Source: Takakia lepidozioides
Taxonomy: Eukaryota > Plantae > Bryophyta
NCBI GenBank assembly: GCA_030704615.1
Contig: CM060731.1
Location: forward strand, 62,558,001-62,622,000
Length of the DNA: 64,000 nucleotides
Direction: 5' to 3'
The notes below the pieces were generated by a model that worked only from the letters and a program-made list of their open reading frames with translations, made no database searches and had not been told where the DNA came from. The position numbers and the translations under genes were made by a program. Position 1 is the stretch's first letter. Each line of letters starts with the position of its first letter. Positions 59,850-64,000 of this stretch are shown here, in pieces.

Positions 59850-61670
59850 TCCCATGAATTTCGGCACCGAAATCTGGATGAACATCTCTGTCATGTAACA
59901 GCTTTGGAAGCCAAGGGATGAATTCTGGCAACAGAAATCGTAATTTGTTTACCTCATAAAACTGACCAAGCACCCAACGGATGGATTTCGGTGCCGAAAT
60001 TCGGATGAACTTCTTCTTCATTAAATTGTATCTGCACATATGGGTTGAATTTAGATGCCAAAATACGGATAATGTGTTCCTGATTACAGTCGTGATTGAC
60101 CACGTGTCCGGATCGGTGCCGACTTCCGAATGACAGTAATCCTGATTCGGCAGAATGGATGTATTTCGGCGCCGAAATTCATTCTTCATCTCTCCTTTTC
60201 CGACCCTAATTCTGCTGCCCTGCGTATGGATTTCGGTGCCAGAATTCATCGGAAGTCCTTTCTGTTTTTATTTTTCTTTGCGACAGATGAACTTTGGCGC
60301 CGAATCTCATCCAAGTACTCCCTTTTAATTTCCCTTTTTCTTCGAGAGCAATGAATTTCGGCGCCGAAATCAACCAAAATCCTCCGATTTTTTTTTTCCT
60401 TCGCGAGCATTGAATTTCGGCGCCGAAATTCATTCCAAGTCCAGGAGATATTTTTTATTTTCCTTCGCGAGCAATGAATTTCGGCGCGAAATTCATCGAA
60501 GTCCTCCAGAAATTTTTTTTTTTCCTTCGCGAGCAATGAATTTCGGCGCCGAAATTCAGAACTTCATCCCTCCAAATTCTTTTCAGGGTTTTAGCGCGGA
60601 TTTCGGCGCCGAAATTCATCCAATGCCTTCCCCTCCAATATTTATTTTTCTTTGAAATGGATCAATTTCGGCGCCGAAATTCATCCTTACTGTCCGCAAT
60701 GAGTAACTCTAATATTACATTTTCTATGCGACGGATGAATTTCGGCGCCGAAATTCGTCCAAACCCGGCACTTACTTTTTGCTTTTGGATGATAATTTTC
60801 CGTAAATCGTTGGAAATACCCCGTTCCGACGAATATAACAGGAATATTCTGCATTTAATGGAGAAATCGGCATATTAAACCACTTCTGTCAAAATTAATT
60901 GCATTTTAGCCGTTTTTTTTTCATTTGAAACCGACAGTATCCATGAAGTGGTCTTTTTCGCACGGGACGTTGCCGCACATAAAGTATAATTTCGGCGCCG
61001 AAATTATAGTTAAATGTCCAGAAATGGCAAGTCCAACAGGCATGGACAGCATCCGTCAGGGGCAATGATGGCGGCAAAGCATAGCATCGTGCCGATTTAG
61101 TCTTCGCTCTGGATGAATTTCGGCGCCGAAATATGGATGATTTCACCTCGTCTACGCGCGGACGATATTCGTACGGCGCCGAAATATGGATGAATGTGCC
61201 GAAGTGCAGCCGTTTCGTTGTCCCGGAATTGATTCCGGCTCCGATATCCTTTGCTCATGACGAATGAGGACTTGCGAAGCGATGAATTTCGGCGCCGAAA
61301 TATGGATGTCTACGCGTTATTCGTAATGAAAAATATGGATGAAATGTGCCGAAGTGCATTTTCCGTTGTCCCGAATTAATTCCGGCTCCGATATCCGACA
61401 GGTTTGCTCATGACGAATGAGGACTTGGAAAGCGATGAATTGCGGCGCCGAAATTTGTAAGTTTGTGTATGAAAGCACTTGAATAGGATGAATTTCGGCG
61501 CCGAAATTCATCCGTCCGCTGATGAAACGTACCGACCTGACTGTTGAATGTCATATGCAGGGATTTTCATGGCGGTTGGGTTTCATGATGTGCGGATATT
61601 TCATTCAATGCCGGCTGCTCCGGGAACCGCATCCGGTGAACGGAACGTATTTCGGTGCCGCAATTCGGAT
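59850..61670. repeat. Palindrome array GAATTTCGGCGCCGAAATTC between the divergent genes of MULE-2
   Basis: About 19 perfect or degenerate copies, roughly 60-70 bp apart from ~60160 to ~60760. Perfect 28-bp palindrome GGATGAATTTCGGCGCCGAAATTCATCC at 61486-61513. Confidence 0.92.
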
Positions 61671-62141
61671 AAACCGTCATACACTGGTGGCTGGAACTGG
61701 CACGCGTCGTGTTCCAGTCGACTTCATCCGTGCGAACGTGTCAGGGGTCACAATCTCTTCATCACCCATACGGCAGAAAGTGGTGGACGGTGGCAACGCT
61801 TCGGGAGACGTGGCTGCTTACGCATCTGCTCGTGCATAGTGGTTGCATGTTCCACCGCTTCGCTCTCTCGCTCCTTGCCCTTCTGCAGTGACGTTCTCCT
61901 GCGTTTCCTCTCCTTATGCGGCATAGTGGTAGCATAGAGTTTGTGGAAGGTCAGGCGACTCCGGCAAAGAGGAGGACGCGGGATTTTGGGAAGCCGCCGA
62001 CGACACGACTTAAGCTCCGTCTCATGCATGAAATGCAGACGTCGTTATCCGGAGACTCGGATCGCCCACCAGTGAGAGATTCGTGCTTCGCGGATGTGAA
62101 GCACTCCATACGCAATATTCCTTTGACACCTTTGTTTTGGC

Positions 62142-64000
62142 GTGCAGTGTCTCATGTTTTCCTGTTTGTTTGACATGGGAGCTGGGGAGGGATCGCAGGG
62201 GGGCGAGGCAACACAGTCAACTTTGGATACTCCTGCCCGGGTGCTGCGCTCACAAGGTGGAAGTGCATCGAGGCAGACGAGTCCTCATTCAACACCTCAG
62301 ATATCGCCTCCGAAAAGCCCACCTAGAGTTCGGAAGCCGAGAAAGCAGAAGGAGCCCATGGCTTCGCCAGTAAAACCCCTAGGGAGACTGGAAGCGGAGG
62401 TATTGGGTTTGCAGTCAATTTCAGAAAACACAGATGCGGTGGAGGCCGCTGGAGATGTGGGAGTCGGATCTGCAGAAGGGCGGCCCATTCAACTGACAAG
62501 GAGAGGACGATAACGTGGTACGACTTGGCGACGATCAGAACCTGCTGGAGCTTGCGGAGGAGCAAAACCTCCAGGACAGTACAGGCTGGTGAGAGGGGAG
62601 GGAAGTGACAGAGGTGATACAAGTAAGAAACTGGTGGCGGGTATGCTCATGAGCGCACGAGACATGAACATAGCAAAACAGGTTGCTGGCAGAGACTCAT
62701 AGCAACATAGGCCGCGTTTTGGGCTCCATGGTGTATCCCGAGAACCTTAAAGTTCCTTTGTGTCGCATGGTAAGCCTTCCAGTTGTAAGGCAAGCACTGC
62801 CAGGGGATATCGATCGACTGACAACTTCAGAGAAGGGTACAGACGGGGTCGGCAGCATTCTACGTTTCCATTGAGAATGACCAGGGTGTCACAAGGGGCC
62901 CCACTGCAGAGGAGCTTCAGAATTGGGGCCCCCACTGGCACACTGTTAATGCCGAGTTTGAAGCCTATCTGAAGACTAATCCCACATTCGCACACATGGA
63001 AGGGAAGATGTTCTTCGTTTGGGACGGGAACCACAGGATGCTTGCCTGGACAGAGTACATTGCTGAAATGCATCCGCAAGATATCAGTTGGCATTACATG
63101 GTGGACTGCATTGTCGTGAAGGTGGACGTCAGGGACAGAGGACTGTTGAAGGGTGCCATGGCGGATATAAATCTGTAAGTATACAATTACATCCTTGTGT
63201 ACTGCCTATTGCGGCGCCGAAATAGGCAATGTTCACCACTGTCATGCACTCTATGAATGGAAATTGGATTGCTGTGCCGAAATCATATTTTCATGTTGTT
63301 TTTTTTCTCCATGGCAGGGTAACAGAGAGGGCCTTCGTGGAAACTCATCTGGCACATACGCTCTACAGAGTGCAAGAAGTGGGGACAGCTCCGCTGACGG
63401 ACTTCCAAAAGTCCCTCGATCCCGAGCTGTACAGGAAGTCCCTAGCGAAAGCAGATCGCACCTGGTACCGACCAACACTGGACGCCATGGTGGAGATCCT
63501 CTATTCGGTGAGGTTCATCTCAAATTTCAGTATCAATTTAATGTTATTTGTTGCAGGGATCCGTGGCCTGACTGTATCTGCTGGGTATGGGAATGCAGAC
63601 GAACATCAGGGATGACTTGGCCTATGCCAAAAGGCAGTTCTTTGAGAATGATGCCCCCAACAAGGCGGACGCGTCGATAGAGAGTCATATTGTGCAGGCA
63701 GGGAAGCAATCCCGGACCAAGTACAGGTCCAAACTTGTTAAGCAAGTTGCAATCGCTGACCCTGGTCTTGGTGCCGAGTTCCTGGCGGAGATAGGACTGC
63801 ATTACTCCAGACCCATGAAACCGGAAATGTCCATGGAGAAACTTCATCACATCGCAGTGTCCTGTGTTGAGCCGGCGGAGAAGGTAAGCATGTGTTTATT
63901 CTTGTTTTTGTGACTTCTCGCGATTCTTATGTTGGAGCTCTTGTCTGACCGATGTGAGGTGGCTGCAGACGAGGTGGCTGCGAATCTGGAACGGCCATAC
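62142..64000 (+). CDS. Multi-exon cargo gene of MULE-2, 5' part with the ParB-like domain (continues beyond the window)
   Basis: MFFVWDGNHRMLAW..AMADIN, RVTERAFVETHLAH..KADRTWYR and KQVAIADPGLGAEFL..MEKLH align exon by exon with 42383-43511. Confidence 0.85.

Larger units (their letters stand above)
54171..64000. mobile_element. Second Mutator-like transposon (MULE-2), a diverged relative of MULE-1 in opposite orientation, running off the window
   Basis: TIR GGGGGTTGCTATTCCATGAGC at 54171 with CTCATGAG subterminal repeats; the same divergent transposase/cargo layout. The predicted TSD TCCAAGGG cannot be checked here. Confidence 0.88.

Noticed and set aside
59850-61520. CRISPR-like look: a palindromic repeat with variable spacers
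   Set aside because: Eukaryotic transposon context, no cas genes, irregular spacing, and several spacers are themselves tandem duplicates. It is treated as a binding-site array.

Overview
This is eukaryotic, almost entirely transposon-derived DNA. It most likely comes from a non-seed land plant, inferred from two broken PLS-type PPR fragments and the TE types. The elements are deeply nested. (1) A minus-strand non-chromoviral Ty3/Gypsy (family A, ~6560-30252) carries a long extra ORF; a solo LTR and a rearranged second copy of the family are also present. (2) Inserted in its gag is a 13-kb Gypsy-like element (family B, 15415-28427, 4-bp TSD CGTG). Its pol carries a C5-cytosine DNA methyltransferase between protease and RT and a PHD finger after integrase. 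Its ends are split direct repeats (A1...B1-A2-B2) with a self-complementary rather than tRNA-type primer site. A decayed second copy lies at ~2870-4971. (3) Two diverged Mutator-like DNA transposons (38649-50677, complete with 21-bp TIRs and 8-bp TSD; 54171 to beyond the window end) each encode a GCM/DDE/SWIM transposase and, divergently, an intron-containing cargo gene with a ParB-like domain. In the complete copy the cargo gene ends in a beta-class N4C/N6A DNA methyltransferase domain. Their non-coding DNA is packed with TTCGGCGCCGAA-core palindromes. (4) There is also a third MULE fragment, a Met-tRNA-primed Gypsy (family C) and a CACTA-like end. Most large ORFs carry stops or frameshifts. 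All domain calls were made by eye from motifs and need HMM or structure confirmation.
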